A DNA stretch of 64,000 nucleotides from an uncultured Gammaproteobacteria bacterium (GTDB taxonomy: Bacteria > Patescibacteriota > Patescibacteriia > Magasanikbacterales > GWA2-37-8): assembly GCA_964510495.1 (NCBI GenBank), contig CAZECR010000003.1:550-64549 (forward strand), in the 5' to 3' direction. Both the position numbers and the translations under genes were made by a program. How positions within the stretch are numbered: position 1 is the stretch's first letter; every line of letters begins with the position of its first letter. Positions 1 through 9,800 of this stretch are shown here, piece after piece. Under the pieces are notes generated by a model that had not been told where the DNA came from, made no database searches, and worked only from the letters and a program-made list of their open reading frames with translations.

Positions 1-1125
1 ACGATTGATATTTTTGTACACAATACTTTCTGACCGAAGTTCGCGTTCGCGAGACAAGCGTTGTTTTATATCATTGTTTTGTCTTGCTGCTTGTAAGACC
101 TCATCGTCTGCTAGTTCGTCAGCAAATAACTTTTTTGCTTCTTGTTCCTCCGCATCTAATTTTTCATCTACTGCAGCGTATGCTGCTTTAAGGCCTTCGG
201 TCGCTGCCTTACTGCTGTTTTCATTTTTGCTCAGTTTTGCCTGTAAGAGCTGTGCGTCAGCAACTTTTTTTTCGGGATAGAGATTTTCGAGGAAAGAACG
301 AATAGCTCGTTCATCGGGAATTCGAGCTAATTCATTGTCTGCTGTTTTTATGGATAATTCGAGGTCGTGCGCTTGATCAACAAGACGTTTTAAATCTGTT
401 GGCAGCGTTTCGTCCATAGTGATGTCTCCGTGCATTACTTGATGATGCAAAAGAATATCTTTGTCTGTTACCATCCGGTCAGATGTGCTGTTAAAATCTT
501 CCAAAGCCTTTTCAAGCTGTGGTTGCACTAGAGAAAGTTTAAATTCCGCTTCGCTTTTTTCACCTTCCCAAGAAGTTTGTTTAACATCTTCAGGTGTCGC
601 GAGGCGATTGCCGGTGCGATCAATGAGTTTGCTGCGACGTTTAACGTCTTCCAGTTTTTCTTGAGCCAAGAGTGACATTTTTTCATGCACTCGTTCCAAG
701 TTTTCTGCAAACGTAAGTCTGTCTTTTTCTTTTGGAAGTTGAATAATGAGTTTAGCTAAGTCAGTCGCGTGATCATATCCTTGGTCAACCACTTTTTTCA
801 ATTCGTTTGCTGCTTCGTCATCAAGAAAGAAGCCACTCAATTTTTCATGGAGTCCGGCAAGCTGGCCAAGATGCGCTGTATATTCTTCGGTTGAAGCTAA
901 TAAATTTTGTATATTTTTTTTGTAGCTTGGCGGGGGCGTGCCTGTTTCATCAAGATTCTCTAAATCTTCCTGAACGCGACTATTATGGCGTTCCACATCG
1001 GCCGCACTACCTTCAAGTAGGGTTTTGTAGGCGCGAAAAGCATCCTTTAATTCCGTTGCAGTAAGATCAATAATGTTTGACACCTCTTCATCCTGAGTAT
1101 GTTGAGGATGAGTTTCAGAAGCCAT
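1..1125 (-). CDS. Hypothetical charged, coiled-coil-rich protein, truncated at the window edge
   Basis: Manual translation from ATG 1125 (MASETHPQHTQDEEVSNIIDL...) stays open to base 1; E/K/L/A-rich; missing from the ORF track because no stop lies inside the window. Confidence 0.85.
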   Translation of the reverse strand, partial: MASETHPQHTQDEEVSNIIDLTATELKDAFRAYKTLLEGSAADVERHNSRVQEDLENLDETGTPPPSYKKNIQNLLASTEEYTAHLGQLAGLHEKLSGFFLDDEAANELKKVVDQGYDHATDLAKLIIQLPKEKDRLTFAENLERVHEKMSLLAQEKLEDVKRRSKLIDRTGNRLATPEDVKQTSWEGEKSEAEFKLSLVQPQLEKALEDFNSTSDRMVTDKDILLHHQVMHGDITMDETLPTDLKRLVDQAHDLELSIKTADNELARIPDERAIRSFLENLYPEKKVADAQLLQAKLSKNENSSKAATEGLKAAYAAVDEKLDAEEQEAKKLFADELADDEVLQAARQNNDIKQRLSRERELRSESIVYKNINR

Positions 1126-1336
1126 ACGTTTGGTACTAAAAAATAAAAGTAGCTTAAGTATATCATTTCTATTTTTGACCGACTATACGCCTGTCAAGGT
1201 TCAAAATGAAACGAGCAACTATAGCATATTTTTGCCGTTTGGTCAACCTTTCTTCCTTACATTTTCCTCTAGTTCCAATTTTTTAGAAGCAGGGGAGAAA
1301 GGGCGGCCGGAAGTGGTGCGGCGCGTCCCAAGGAGA

Positions 1337-2203
1337 TTAAGGGTTGAGTAAGGCTTCCACTTCTTGCCAGGTGCGTACGACGAAGCAATTCGGCGCTTCG
1401 CTGAAGTACCGAAGGTCGTACACTGGAGTGTGCGAATTGGCGATGAGTATGCAGATGGGGTTGAGGTGGAGAAACCGCTGGCGGCCTGGGTGCAGGTCCA
1501 TGTCTGCATTGTCACCGATGAAGACGATTTTGTCTGCGCCGGCGCACAGGGGGTCGAGAACTCTAAAGAGACGCGGGCGCTCTGTTGGAATCGGGCGCTG
1601 GAGGTGCTGGTTGTAGCAGGCCTTTTCTGGCTCTATAACATGCCACTTGTCTGCGTCACCATGAACATGCTCCAGAAGCCAGGTAAGAGATTGCTCTGTT
1701 GGCAAGTTTTTAAACAGATTAGCCAGCTTTGTCTGAGCCTTGCTGGTAGGAGCATTGGTGACGACCTCGGTTGACCAGCCGGCATGTCGAAGCTTGTTAA
1801 GCGTCTCAGCGGCCCCTGGCTTGAGCTCGCTTACACCAAAAGGGTAGCTTTCTTTAAAGATGCGCTGGATTGTGGTGTGGCGAATGGTTGGGTCCATAAG
1901 CGCCCCACAAGAATCCAGGATCTCACCCGCGATGACGCTCGCTTTCAGAAGCTCATCGCAGGCCGAGGCAACGATGACCCCATCACGGAGCCAGCCGTAC
2001 AGATGCGGTGTTCCGTCGATGCGGGCATACCCCTTTTTATACCACTCCTTCATTTCTTCCCAGGTAATTTTTGACCTGAGTTCGGGGAGTTTGGCTAGTC
2101 GAAGGGTAAAAGCGACGGTAAAATTGCCTAATTCCTCCTTGCCTGGAAGCATGGCAATGATTGTTTCGTCGCAGTCCGCGATCAGCAAGCGTTTTGTTGT
2201 CAT
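1337..2203 (-). CDS. Divergent HAD-superfamily hydrolase
   Basis: Motif I ADCDET, motif II VVTN, motif IV IGDNADMDL; start moved to ATG 2203, preceded by AAGGAG and a TTGACA-17-TATCGT promoter. Confidence 0.75.
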   Translation of the reverse strand: MTTKRLLIADCDETIIAMLPGKEELGNFTVAFTLRLAKLPELRSKITWEEMKEWYKKGYARIDGTPHLYGWLRDGVIVASACDELLKASVIAGEILDSCGALMDPTIRHTTIQRIFKESYPFGVSELKPGAAETLNKLRHAGWSTEVVTNAPTSKAQTKLANLFKNLPTEQSLTWLLEHVHGDADKWHVIEPEKACYNQHLQRPIPTERPRLFRVLDPLCAGADKIVFIGDNADMDLHPGRQRFLHLNPICILIANSHTPVYDLRYFSEAPNCFVVRTWQEVEALLNP

Positions 2204-2448
2204 GGTGGTAGGCTCCTTATTTTTCTTGCTTGCACGATAACAGCGTTTTTCCCCACTTGTCAACACCCTTGATTTTTTTGTAAAAATATGGTAGGGTTGT
2301 GGCAATTGAACGGTTCTTTCACAACCGCCCAACTATCGAGCCAATTTTTTGCGAAGATTATTGCGATTGTGAAAGAACCTTTTTATTTTTGCAGAATTGT
2401 TGGCCCGAACGGTTTGGGCCTAAAAAGAACACAAAAGGGGAGCGTGAC

Positions 2449-3609
2449 ATGACCAAATTTGAGCTCAAGAACGGTCTCAACGTGGCCAAGGTCTGGTTCC
2501 TTTTCGGGGCAGGCCTCTTCTTCTACGGGGCATTCATGGCCCTTATGGAGTACTGGAAGAAAGTCGGTGGTCTCCATCAGGCGACCATTTTCTTGAACAC
2601 GAGCGTGAGTGCGAGTTTCTCGGCCGGAATCATCGCTGCAGGAATTGTGGTCCGCTACTTTCGGCGGCACCGCAGCGAGATCCGCAAGATCAACAGCGTC
2701 ATGCCGGCACACCTCATCGTTGAGAGTGGTCTGCACACCGGCATCGTGGTCGGCTCGTCCAACGCTGTGTACACCAACACAGGTTGGGCGGTCACGGCTG
2801 GTTCGGGCCTCCTCAAGGGCCTTGCGCTGCAGTTCTCGGCCTTGGTCGACAATATCCTCGTCAAGGCTGGGCTCAAGAAAGCCCCCGATCCCACCAAGCG
2901 CCAGCTCGATACCTGGGCGCTGCGTGTCGCCCTCATCGGGATCGCCCTCATCGTCTGGGGTAAGCTTGATCTTAGCAAGCACTCGAGCCGTATGGGCATG
3001 CTCATCGTGCTCGTCTGCGCCTTCATCTACGCCGGCTCCTATGCTCGGCGCCAGTATCTGGCCGGTCGCTATCGAGTGCTGATCAATCGTCTCATCGAAG
3101 AGCTCCAGCTCACCACCGATGAGGCCAAGGTCTTCAGCGCCATCGCTGAAAAGTGGTGGTTCGCCCTCGAACAGCTGGCCTGCATGCTCTGTGTTGGCGT
3201 CATCTGTTCTGGCTTCGCGGCGCTCTATGCGTATGCCTGGGGTCAGGCCAAGTACCTTTACTTCGCGCCCTGGGTCTTCCTCTCGGGTATTCCGTTCGGC
3301 CTCATGAGCTATTTCGCCGTCATGATCATGGTGTCCGACTATCGTCTGCCAGGCGAAGATCAGCCTGCCTCCATGAAGGCACGCATGGTCATGACCAAGG
3401 GCCAGGGCATCGTCGCCTCACTCATCGGGCCTATCCCAGTGATCCTCTACTTCGGCCTTGACTGGCCCGAGTGGAAGGTCATCGCGGGTTCGCTTGTGGT
3501 GCTGTTCGCGGTGGTGATTCCGTACCTTCCGGATTTCGCCAGCCGTACCCTCGCGCAGCTCAAGCGTCTGCGCCGCAGCTCCACCCCAGCGACGGCGATC
3601 AACGGTTAA
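2449..3609 (+). CDS. GC-rich multi-pass membrane protein, possibly a divergent DMT/EamA fold
   Basis: About 10 hydrophobic segments; ATG 2449 follows AAGGGGAG; strongly C-ending codons, unlike the flanks. Confidence 0.7.
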   Translation: MTKFELKNGLNVAKVWFLFGAGLFFYGAFMALMEYWKKVGGLHQATIFLNTSVSASFSAGIIAAGIVVRYFRRHRSEIRKINSVMPAHLIVESGLHTGIVVGSSNAVYTNTGWAVTAGSGLLKGLALQFSALVDNILVKAGLKKAPDPTKRQLDTWALRVALIGIALIVWGKLDLSKHSSRMGMLIVLVCAFIYAGSYARRQYLAGRYRVLINRLIEELQLTTDEAKVFSAIAEKWWFALEQLACMLCVGVICSGFAALYAYAWGQAKYLYFAPWVFLSGIPFGLMSYFAVMIMVSDYRLPGEDQPASMKARMVMTKGQGIVASLIGPIPVILYFGLDWPEWKVIAGSLVVLFAVVIPYLPDFASRTLAQLKRLRRSSTPATAING

Positions 3610-3686
3610 GCTCTCCTCCCACCCCCCCCGGGCACCGGCAGCATCCACTGCTGCCGGTGCCCAGTCCTCCTCCCCAAACCCCTGGT

Positions 3687-3715
3687 AGCAAGCTCGTAAA
3701 CGACTTGCTTTTTTT
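3687..3715 (+). terminator. Intrinsic terminator
   Basis: AGCAAG(c)TCG-taaa-CGACTTGCT followed by a T run. Confidence 0.7.
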
Positions 3716-3763
3716 AATCCATTTGCTATACTTGCCTTTGTTAAAAATTAGTGGTAAAATCTC

Positions 3764-3837
3764 GGGCAATTAGCTCAGTTGGTTAGAGCGTTACATTGAC
3801 ATTGTAAAGGCCACAGGTTCGAATCCTGTATTGCCCA
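3764..3837 (+). tRNA. tRNA-Val(GAC)
   Basis: Acceptor GGGCAAT/ATTGCCC; anticodon arm TTACA-TTGACAT-TGTAA; T loop TTCGAAT; CCA not encoded. Confidence 0.96.
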
Positions 3838-3851
3838 CGTAGCCCAGACAT

Positions 3852-3925
3852 GGGCGTGTAGCTCAGATGGTTAGAGCGCGTCACTGATAATGACGAGGTC
3901 CCCGGTTCGATTCCAGGCACGCCCA
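3852..3925 (+). tRNA. tRNA-Ile(GAT)
   Basis: Acceptor GGGCGTG/CACGCCC; anticodon arm CGTCA-CTGATAA-TGACG; T loop TTCGATT; one C-A mismatch in the T stem. Confidence 0.95.
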
Positions 3926-3996
3926 CATATATGCTTGATACTGTATCGAGCTCCCCTCAGTGTAAAAGATTGGCAGTTTAAAAATAAATACTTTTT

Positions 3997-5265
3997 ATGC
4001 CAAGAATGCGCGGACATGAACTCTTTGGCTTTACCGATCCTTCAGAAGAAGAGTACGCTCCCACTAACGAGGAGCTTAAAGGCGAAGATCGTGCGCGGCA
4101 AATAGTTTTAAACGAGCTTGCTGATATTGATCACGAGCTTGCTCGTCCTACTGAAGACAGATTTACAGGCGAAAAAAATAAATTCGCAGTAACTGATCCA
4201 GCTGTTTTTTGGGATCGTTTGGCATATCTGCGCATCGATCATATTGATACGATTAAAGATCCGGTAGTGCGCAAAGAACTGGACTCGCGCATTGCCATGC
4301 TTGAACAGCGTATTTATAAACAATTTGTTCCATTTATAGAATCACGAGTTGCCGTTTTTGGTCTCCAGCATTCTCCCCTAGAGAACAGCGTGTCGCGAAG
4401 AAAAATACAAGCGGCAGATATCGCCGAGCAATTTGAAGAAGCATACCGAGTGCTTGAGGTATTAAAAATTTCCGAAGAACAGCACTTTGATTTTTTGAAC
4501 GAACTCAATCGTTTACAAGAAAAACTCGATCGCTACCGCAGTGAGGTAACCCTCTTTACATTTGAAAAAATAGAAGAAGAATTGCATAGAGAATTTTACG
4601 ATCTAGAATACGGCGGCTGGTACTCACCGCCAGGGCAAAAAGCGCGACCGCTTGAAGATGCGCGGGCTACCAAAGAGCGGCAAATTGAACTGGATTTATT
4701 AGTAGCCAAGGCACATTCACTGAATCATATTGCCGAAAGAATGTTGCACGAACATATCCGGCTTGATTGCCAAGCGAGGAGCAAGAGTATTCTGGAGTGG
4801 GCTGAGTATTACAAAGCAAAAGCAGAAGCTCCACGCGAAATGTATATTTTGGAAGCAACGCTCAAGGAGCTTTTAGAAAAAGCCAAAAATAAGGAGGATA
4901 TTGACGAGCATAATTTTGAGCAGGCTAAAAAACGCCTTAATGACTTGGAGACGCAGCGGCTTGGTAGCGAAAGTGCCACAATGCTACCTATTTTGAAAAA
5001 ACTTATTCTGGCGATTGAACGCCAGCGAGCGGGTAATTCAACCGATGAGGACGAAGATCGTTTTACTGCTGAGAAAGGCGTGGACTGGGCTTGGGTAATG
5101 CTCGGCGTAGGACGAGATGCTTTGCAAGACGAGGTTAAAAAGGCCTATCACAGCCTTGCACGCACCTATCACCCCGATACGGCTAAAGTAGCGGACGCAA
5201 CAGAAAAAATGAAGCAAATTAATGAGGCTTACGAATTCGTGAAACGAGTAAAAAAATGGAAATAG
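3997..5265 (+). CDS. Helical protein with C-terminal DnaJ (J) domain
   Basis: C-terminal MLGV...EVKKAYHSLARTYHPD...MKQINEAYE with intact HPD. Confidence 0.85.
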   Translation: MPRMRGHELFGFTDPSEEEYAPTNEELKGEDRARQIVLNELADIDHELARPTEDRFTGEKNKFAVTDPAVFWDRLAYLRIDHIDTIKDPVVRKELDSRIAMLEQRIYKQFVPFIESRVAVFGLQHSPLENSVSRRKIQAADIAEQFEEAYRVLEVLKISEEQHFDFLNELNRLQEKLDRYRSEVTLFTFEKIEEELHREFYDLEYGGWYSPPGQKARPLEDARATKERQIELDLLVAKAHSLNHIAERMLHEHIRLDCQARSKSILEWAEYYKAKAEAPREMYILEATLKELLEKAKNKEDIDEHNFEQAKKRLNDLETQRLGSESATMLPILKKLILAIERQRAGNSTDEDEDRFTAEKGVDWAWVMLGVGRDALQDEVKKAYHSLARTYHPDTAKVADATEKMKQINEAYEFVKRVKKWK

Positions 5266-5360
5266 TTATTTTTATGAACGAGGCGTAAAAGTGGGTGTTT
5301 GTTTGCTAAAAATCAAAAAGCTGTGTATAGTACAGCTTGCTACTATTATTTTTCCTGCCT

Positions 5361-5954
5361 ATGTCTGACCAACCCCAAAGTCGTTTTTCATCGGCTGTTA
5401 CCAGTGCGGGGCTTTTTTTTCTCGAACTTGTTAAGGTCGTTGCTTTGGCCGGTATCACCATTTTCTTGGTGCGCTATTTTTTATTTAAGCCCTTTTATGT
5501 TAAGGGTGCTTCCATGGAGCCAACATTCTACGAAAAGGAATATTTAATCATCGATGAACTGAGTTACCGTTTGCATGATCCGATTCGAGGGGACGTTATC
5601 GTGTTCCGCCCACCGGAGGATCAAAAGGAATTTTTTTTGAAACGTATTATCGGTCTCCCGGGTGAGCGCGTAAAGGTGGCTGAAGGGCATGTTACAATTT
5701 ATAATGAAGCCCATCCCGAAGGAATAACACTTGACGAAACATATCTGCCCACAGATCTGGCAACTACCGGTGAACAAAATATTGTTTTAAATGCTGACCA
5801 GTACTTTGTACTTGGTGATAACCGGCCTAATAGTTACGATTCGCGCCGTTTTGGGCCGATCGCTCGTTCGAGCATGATCGGGCGTGCCTGGCTTCGCGGC
5901 TGGCCATTTGACCGTGTACAGACGTTCACCGCTCCTACCTATACTAATTTTTAG
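5361..5954 (+). CDS. lepB: Signal peptidase I
   Basis: GASMEPT (catalytic Ser), FLKRIIGLPGE (Lys), YFVLGDNRPNSYDSR; N-terminal TM; start set at ATG 5361. Confidence 0.95.
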   Translation: MSDQPQSRFSSAVTSAGLFFLELVKVVALAGITIFLVRYFLFKPFYVKGASMEPTFYEKEYLIIDELSYRLHDPIRGDVIVFRPPEDQKEFFLKRIIGLPGERVKVAEGHVTIYNEAHPEGITLDETYLPTDLATTGEQNIVLNADQYFVLGDNRPNSYDSRRFGPIARSSMIGRAWLRGWPFDRVQTFTAPTYTNF

Positions 5955-5981
5955 TTGACCGAACACTTAATTGAACTTGCT

Positions 5982-7370
5982 ATGCAAAAAGTTAAAAAAT
6001 CTAAACCCGGTAAAATGTTTGAAAAACGACCTGTCGTCAAAAAAGAAGCGCCTGCTCCAGTAGCGACTGCTGGTGAAAAAAACAAGAAAGCCTACAACGT
6101 CGTGCGCGGTATGCACGACATTTTGCCAAAAGAAGAAAAGTATTGGCTTGCCTTTCAGCATGAAGCTGAAGAATTGGCTGAGTATTTTCAGTTTGGACGC
6201 ATCGAGACACCGATTCTCGAAGAAGCAAGCCTTTTTGTCCGTTCAATTGGGCGTGGAACCGATGTGGTTGATAAAGAAATGTATGTCTTTGAAGACAGGG
6301 ACGGTACCAAAGTTGCACTTCGCCCAGAAGCAACTGCTTCAGTTGCTCGTGCGTATACTGGTAACGGACTTTGGAATCAGGCCCAGCCCCTTAAGCTCTG
6401 GTACTTGGGACCCATGTTCCGCCATGACCGCCCACAGCAAGGACGGTACCGCCAGTTCAACCAGTTGGGATATGAAACTATTGGCGTAAAAGACCCAGCA
6501 ATTGATGCTGAGCTTATTTTAGTTGCCTATAATTTTTATAAGGATCTCGGTATTCCGGTTGAAGTTCGGGTTAACAGTATTGGCACGGTAGATGAACGTA
6601 ATCGGTATAAAACCGAACTTGTTAACTATTATCGCACGAAACGCAGCTATCTTTGTGAAGACTGTCGTCAGCGTCTAACCAAGAACCCCCTTCGCCTGCT
6701 CGATTGTAAAGAAGAGCAGTGTCAGCCCGTTAAAGAAGAAGCGCCACAAATTATTGACTGGCTTACTGAAGACTCCAAAAATTATTTCATGAAAGTATTG
6801 GAGTATCTTGATGAAGTTGGCGTTCCGTATGTCTTGGCCCCATTCTTGGTCCGTGGTCTTGATTATTACACCCACACGGTATTTGAAATTTTTGCCACAG
6901 AAGCAGAAAATGCAGGCAGCCAAAGTGCGCTCGGCGCTGGTGGTCGCTATGATCTTTTGGTTGAAGAGCTCGGTGGTAAACCAGCTCCGGCAGCAGGTTT
7001 TGCACTTGGCCTTGAACGAGCCATTTCTGTCATTAAACAGCAGGGGCAGAACCAGTCACCCAAGTTTGCGGAGAAAAAACCACACGTGTTTTTTGCCCAG
7101 CTTGGTGAAGAAGCCAAACGCCGCGGTCTTAAAATCATTAATGAGCTTAAAGGAAGCGGTCTGCGCATTGCCTACAACTTCTTTAAAACATCGCTCAAGA
7201 CGCAACTTGAAGCAGCAAACGCTCAGGGTGTTGCGTATGTTTTGATTCTTGGTCAAAAAGAAGTTCAGGACAAGACGATTATTATTCGTGATATGGAATC
7301 GGGTGTGCAGGAAATTGTTGATCAGAAAAAAGTTGAACCGGCACTTAAAAAGAAATTAGGGCTGGTCTAA
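5982..7370 (+). CDS. hisS: Histidine--tRNA ligase
   Basis: RGMHDILP, LRPEATAS, FRHDRPQQGRYRQF, LVRGLDYY, GGRYD, GLER motifs. Confidence 0.97.
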   Translation: MQKVKKSKPGKMFEKRPVVKKEAPAPVATAGEKNKKAYNVVRGMHDILPKEEKYWLAFQHEAEELAEYFQFGRIETPILEEASLFVRSIGRGTDVVDKEMYVFEDRDGTKVALRPEATASVARAYTGNGLWNQAQPLKLWYLGPMFRHDRPQQGRYRQFNQLGYETIGVKDPAIDAELILVAYNFYKDLGIPVEVRVNSIGTVDERNRYKTELVNYYRTKRSYLCEDCRQRLTKNPLRLLDCKEEQCQPVKEEAPQIIDWLTEDSKNYFMKVLEYLDEVGVPYVLAPFLVRGLDYYTHTVFEIFATEAENAGSQSALGAGGRYDLLVEELGGKPAPAAGFALGLERAISVIKQQGQNQSPKFAEKKPHVFFAQLGEEAKRRGLKIINELKGSGLRIAYNFFKTSLKTQLEAANAQGVAYVLILGQKEVQDKTIIIRDMESGVQEIVDQKKVEPALKKKLGLV

Positions 7371-7401
7371 AATAAGGCTAAAAATGGCCTAAAATATACT
7401 G

Positions 7402-7430
7402 TTGACGCATATTCTGGAGTGGGGTATACT
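7402..7430 (+). promoter_or_regulatory. Sigma70-type promoter of rpsU
   Basis: TTGACG-17 bp-TATACT. Confidence 0.7.
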
Positions 7431-7474
7431 ATGCATATTAATTACGTAACTCCTTAGAAAGGGAGGTGAACTTT

Positions 7475-7717
7475 GTGGCTGAAATCAAACGAAAGAAAAC
7501 CGAGTCCTTTGAGGCCTTCATGCGTCGCGTTAAAAAACGCTGGCAGCAGTCCGGTAAAATTTTACAGGTCAAGAAGATTCAATTTTACGACGGCGGAAAA
7601 AGTAAAAACATGCGTCGCAAGAGTGCTCTGCACAAACTCGGCGTAGCCGGTAAGATCGAATATCTCAAAAAAATTGGACGTCTTCCAGAAGAACTTGGAA
7701 GAAATTTCAAACGGTAA
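7475..7717 (+). CDS. rpsU: 30S ribosomal protein S21
   Basis: EIKRKKTESFEAFMRRVKKRWQQSGKIL pattern; small and basic; GGAGGTG SD before GTG 7475. Confidence 0.8.
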   Translation: MAEIKRKKTESFEAFMRRVKKRWQQSGKILQVKKIQFYDGGKSKNMRRKSALHKLGVAGKIEYLKKIGRLPEELGRNFKR

Positions 7718-7752
7718 ATTTTATTTAGGGGGATACCTTTTTCCATTGTCCC

Positions 7753-9774
7753 ATGCTTCAATGGATCAAACAAAATAACATGACGCTTCGAAAAACTGCC
7801 ACGGTCTTGGGGGTACTGTTAGTGGCAGTTTTTTCGTTTTTAAAACTAGCTCCTGCCCTGGCTCAAACTACTGTTGCACCAGAAGCACCAGTTGATACTG
7901 GTATCGAAGTTGTGCAGCAGCCGTCAGGCCTGGCAGCAACCGATATTCGTCAGATTATCGCTACCATTATTCGAGTAGCGCTTGGGCTTTTGGGTATTAT
8001 TTTACTTGGTCTCGTTTTGTATGGCGGTTATTTATACATGACTGCGGGCGGCAACGAAGAACAAGTAAGCCAAGCAAAAACTATTTTACGCAACGCTGTT
8101 ATCGGTCTTATTATTATTCTTAGTGCGTACGCTATTGTTACCTTTGTCTTGCGCGCACTCGGCCTTGGACAAGGAGCAGGTGGGGGAGACCTGGGCGGTA
8201 TTAACGGCACAGGTACCCAAAATTTTAATGGCAGTGGGGCACTCGGTGGTATTATTAAAGATCATTATCCAACTCGTGACCAGGTGGGAGTAGCCAGAAA
8301 TTCCAAAATTATTATTACATTCCGTAAGGCTATTAAAGTTGATAGTTTTGTTAAAAATACCAATCAAAGTAAAGATGCCAGTGGAAATGAAATTTTTGGT
8401 GACTGTATTAATATTGGGGTTAACATGAACTGGAAAACCGATTGTGACGCGCTTACCCTAGACGCAGATCACATTGCTATTACTCGGGCAGACACTGGGG
8501 CGGCTATTACTGGCGCAGCAGTCTTGGCTACCTACCAAGACGGTAAGGCGTATACCATTGTTATTAGGCCGTATGACTACTTGGGCTCAGGCACAGACAA
8601 AATTGCCTATAAAGTTCATATGGGTTCGGCAATTCAACTCGACGATGCTGCCAACAACAATCCTTCAGCCTTTCAGGTGAGTAGCCTCGGGAAAAATTAT
8701 TACGAATGGCAGTTTACCTGTAGCACCGAGCTCGACACTACGCCGCCAATTGTAAACAGTGTTTTCCCGTCAGATGGTGCAACGGAATCAAAAAATACGG
8801 TTATTCAAATTGATTTTAATAAAGCAATGGACCCGACAGGTATCCAGGGAACATTCCGTGATGGCTCCAATAGCTATGTTCTTGATGGTAATACTATTTT
8901 TCTAAAGAATAACAAAAGTACTATTCCACTTGGAACATTTAACCTGACTAACGGGTATCGCACGCTTGAATTTACTTCAACTAAAGAATGTGGTCGCAAT
9001 GCTTGCGGTCAGCCTATTTATTGTCTGCCGGTCTGTGATACGGCAAATGATCCTACCTGCAAACAAGATGATTATTCACTCTTAGTTAAAGCTGGCCGCA
9101 CGTTTAGCGCTTCGTCATTTGAATCAATTCCTTTTTCTGGAGCTATGGATGTTTCGGGTAATGCCCTCGACGCTAACAAAAATAGTAAAGTAGATGTTGC
9201 CCCGACGACAGGTGATATTTTCACCGTTCAGAATAAGCCTGATAACTATTCATGGGGTTTTACTGTTAAGGACGAAATTGATAATACTGCGCCGTATCTC
9301 ATGCAGGTTACTCCTGGACTTGATGCTGAATTTGTTGCTCCAAAAGATGATGTTACTATGCTATTTAGCAAGCGAATGCGTGTAGAGCCAATGTATGGTA
9401 TTGATTTACAGCAATCACTTGCGAATGCCGAGCCGCTCTGTCGCACGCCACGCCTGAATTTCAACGCAAATAATACAACGCTCACCACGCTAACCCACTG
9501 TCCTTTTCCAACTAAAGATGGGGCGAATTTTTATCCTGTACTTACTTCTGCGATCGAAGACGTGCACTATAACTGTTTTTTCCCAGGCAAAGGACCGGGA
9601 GGAACAACCGAAGTTAACAAGCGTCTTAAGGAATCCTCGCTGTGTAGTAGCGATGGTAAGAACTGCTGTCCGGTAGAAGCAGTTGGGGCAGGTGCGTTTT
9701 GCTGTAATGGGGTTGTTGTTCCAAATGTTGCGAATCAGGCTCAATGTTTGCAATATTTAAAATCGACTCCGTAG
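7753..9774 (+). CDS. Surface protein with VirB2/TrbC-like pilin N-terminus, Ig-like (Big_5-type) domains and a Cys-rich C-terminus
   Basis: Signal ...ALAQ; IIRVALGLLGII...YGGYLYMTAGGNEEQV...NAVIGLIIILSAYAIV pilin motif; DTTPPIVNSVFPSDGA...IQIDFNKAMD Ig-like motif. Confidence 0.8.
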   Translation: MLQWIKQNNMTLRKTATVLGVLLVAVFSFLKLAPALAQTTVAPEAPVDTGIEVVQQPSGLAATDIRQIIATIIRVALGLLGIILLGLVLYGGYLYMTAGGNEEQVSQAKTILRNAVIGLIIILSAYAIVTFVLRALGLGQGAGGGDLGGINGTGTQNFNGSGALGGIIKDHYPTRDQVGVARNSKIIITFRKAIKVDSFVKNTNQSKDASGNEIFGDCINIGVNMNWKTDCDALTLDADHIAITRADTGAAITGAAVLATYQDGKAYTIVIRPYDYLGSGTDKIAYKVHMGSAIQLDDAANNNPSAFQVSSLGKNYYEWQFTCSTELDTTPPIVNSVFPSDGATESKNTVIQIDFNKAMDPTGIQGTFRDGSNSYVLDGNTIFLKNNKSTIPLGTFNLTNGYRTLEFTSTKECGRNACGQPIYCLPVCDTANDPTCKQDDYSLLVKAGRTFSASSFESIPFSGAMDVSGNALDANKNSKVDVAPTTGDIFTVQNKPDNYSWGFTVKDEIDNTAPYLMQVTPGLDAEFVAPKDDVTMLFSKRMRVEPMYGIDLQQSLANAEPLCRTPRLNFNANNTTLTTLTHCPFPTKDGANFYPVLTSAIEDVHYNCFFPGKGPGGTTEVNKRLKESSLCSSDGKNCCPVEAVGAGAFCCNGVVVPNVANQAQCLQYLKSTP

Positions 9775-9800
9775 TTCTATTTATTTAAAATCAAAGTTTT

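Noticed and set aside
3764-5265. Integrated element at the tRNA-Val/Ile pair or at tRNA-Val(TAC)
   Set aside because: No duplicated tRNA 3' end (att site) was seen in the window and no recombinase
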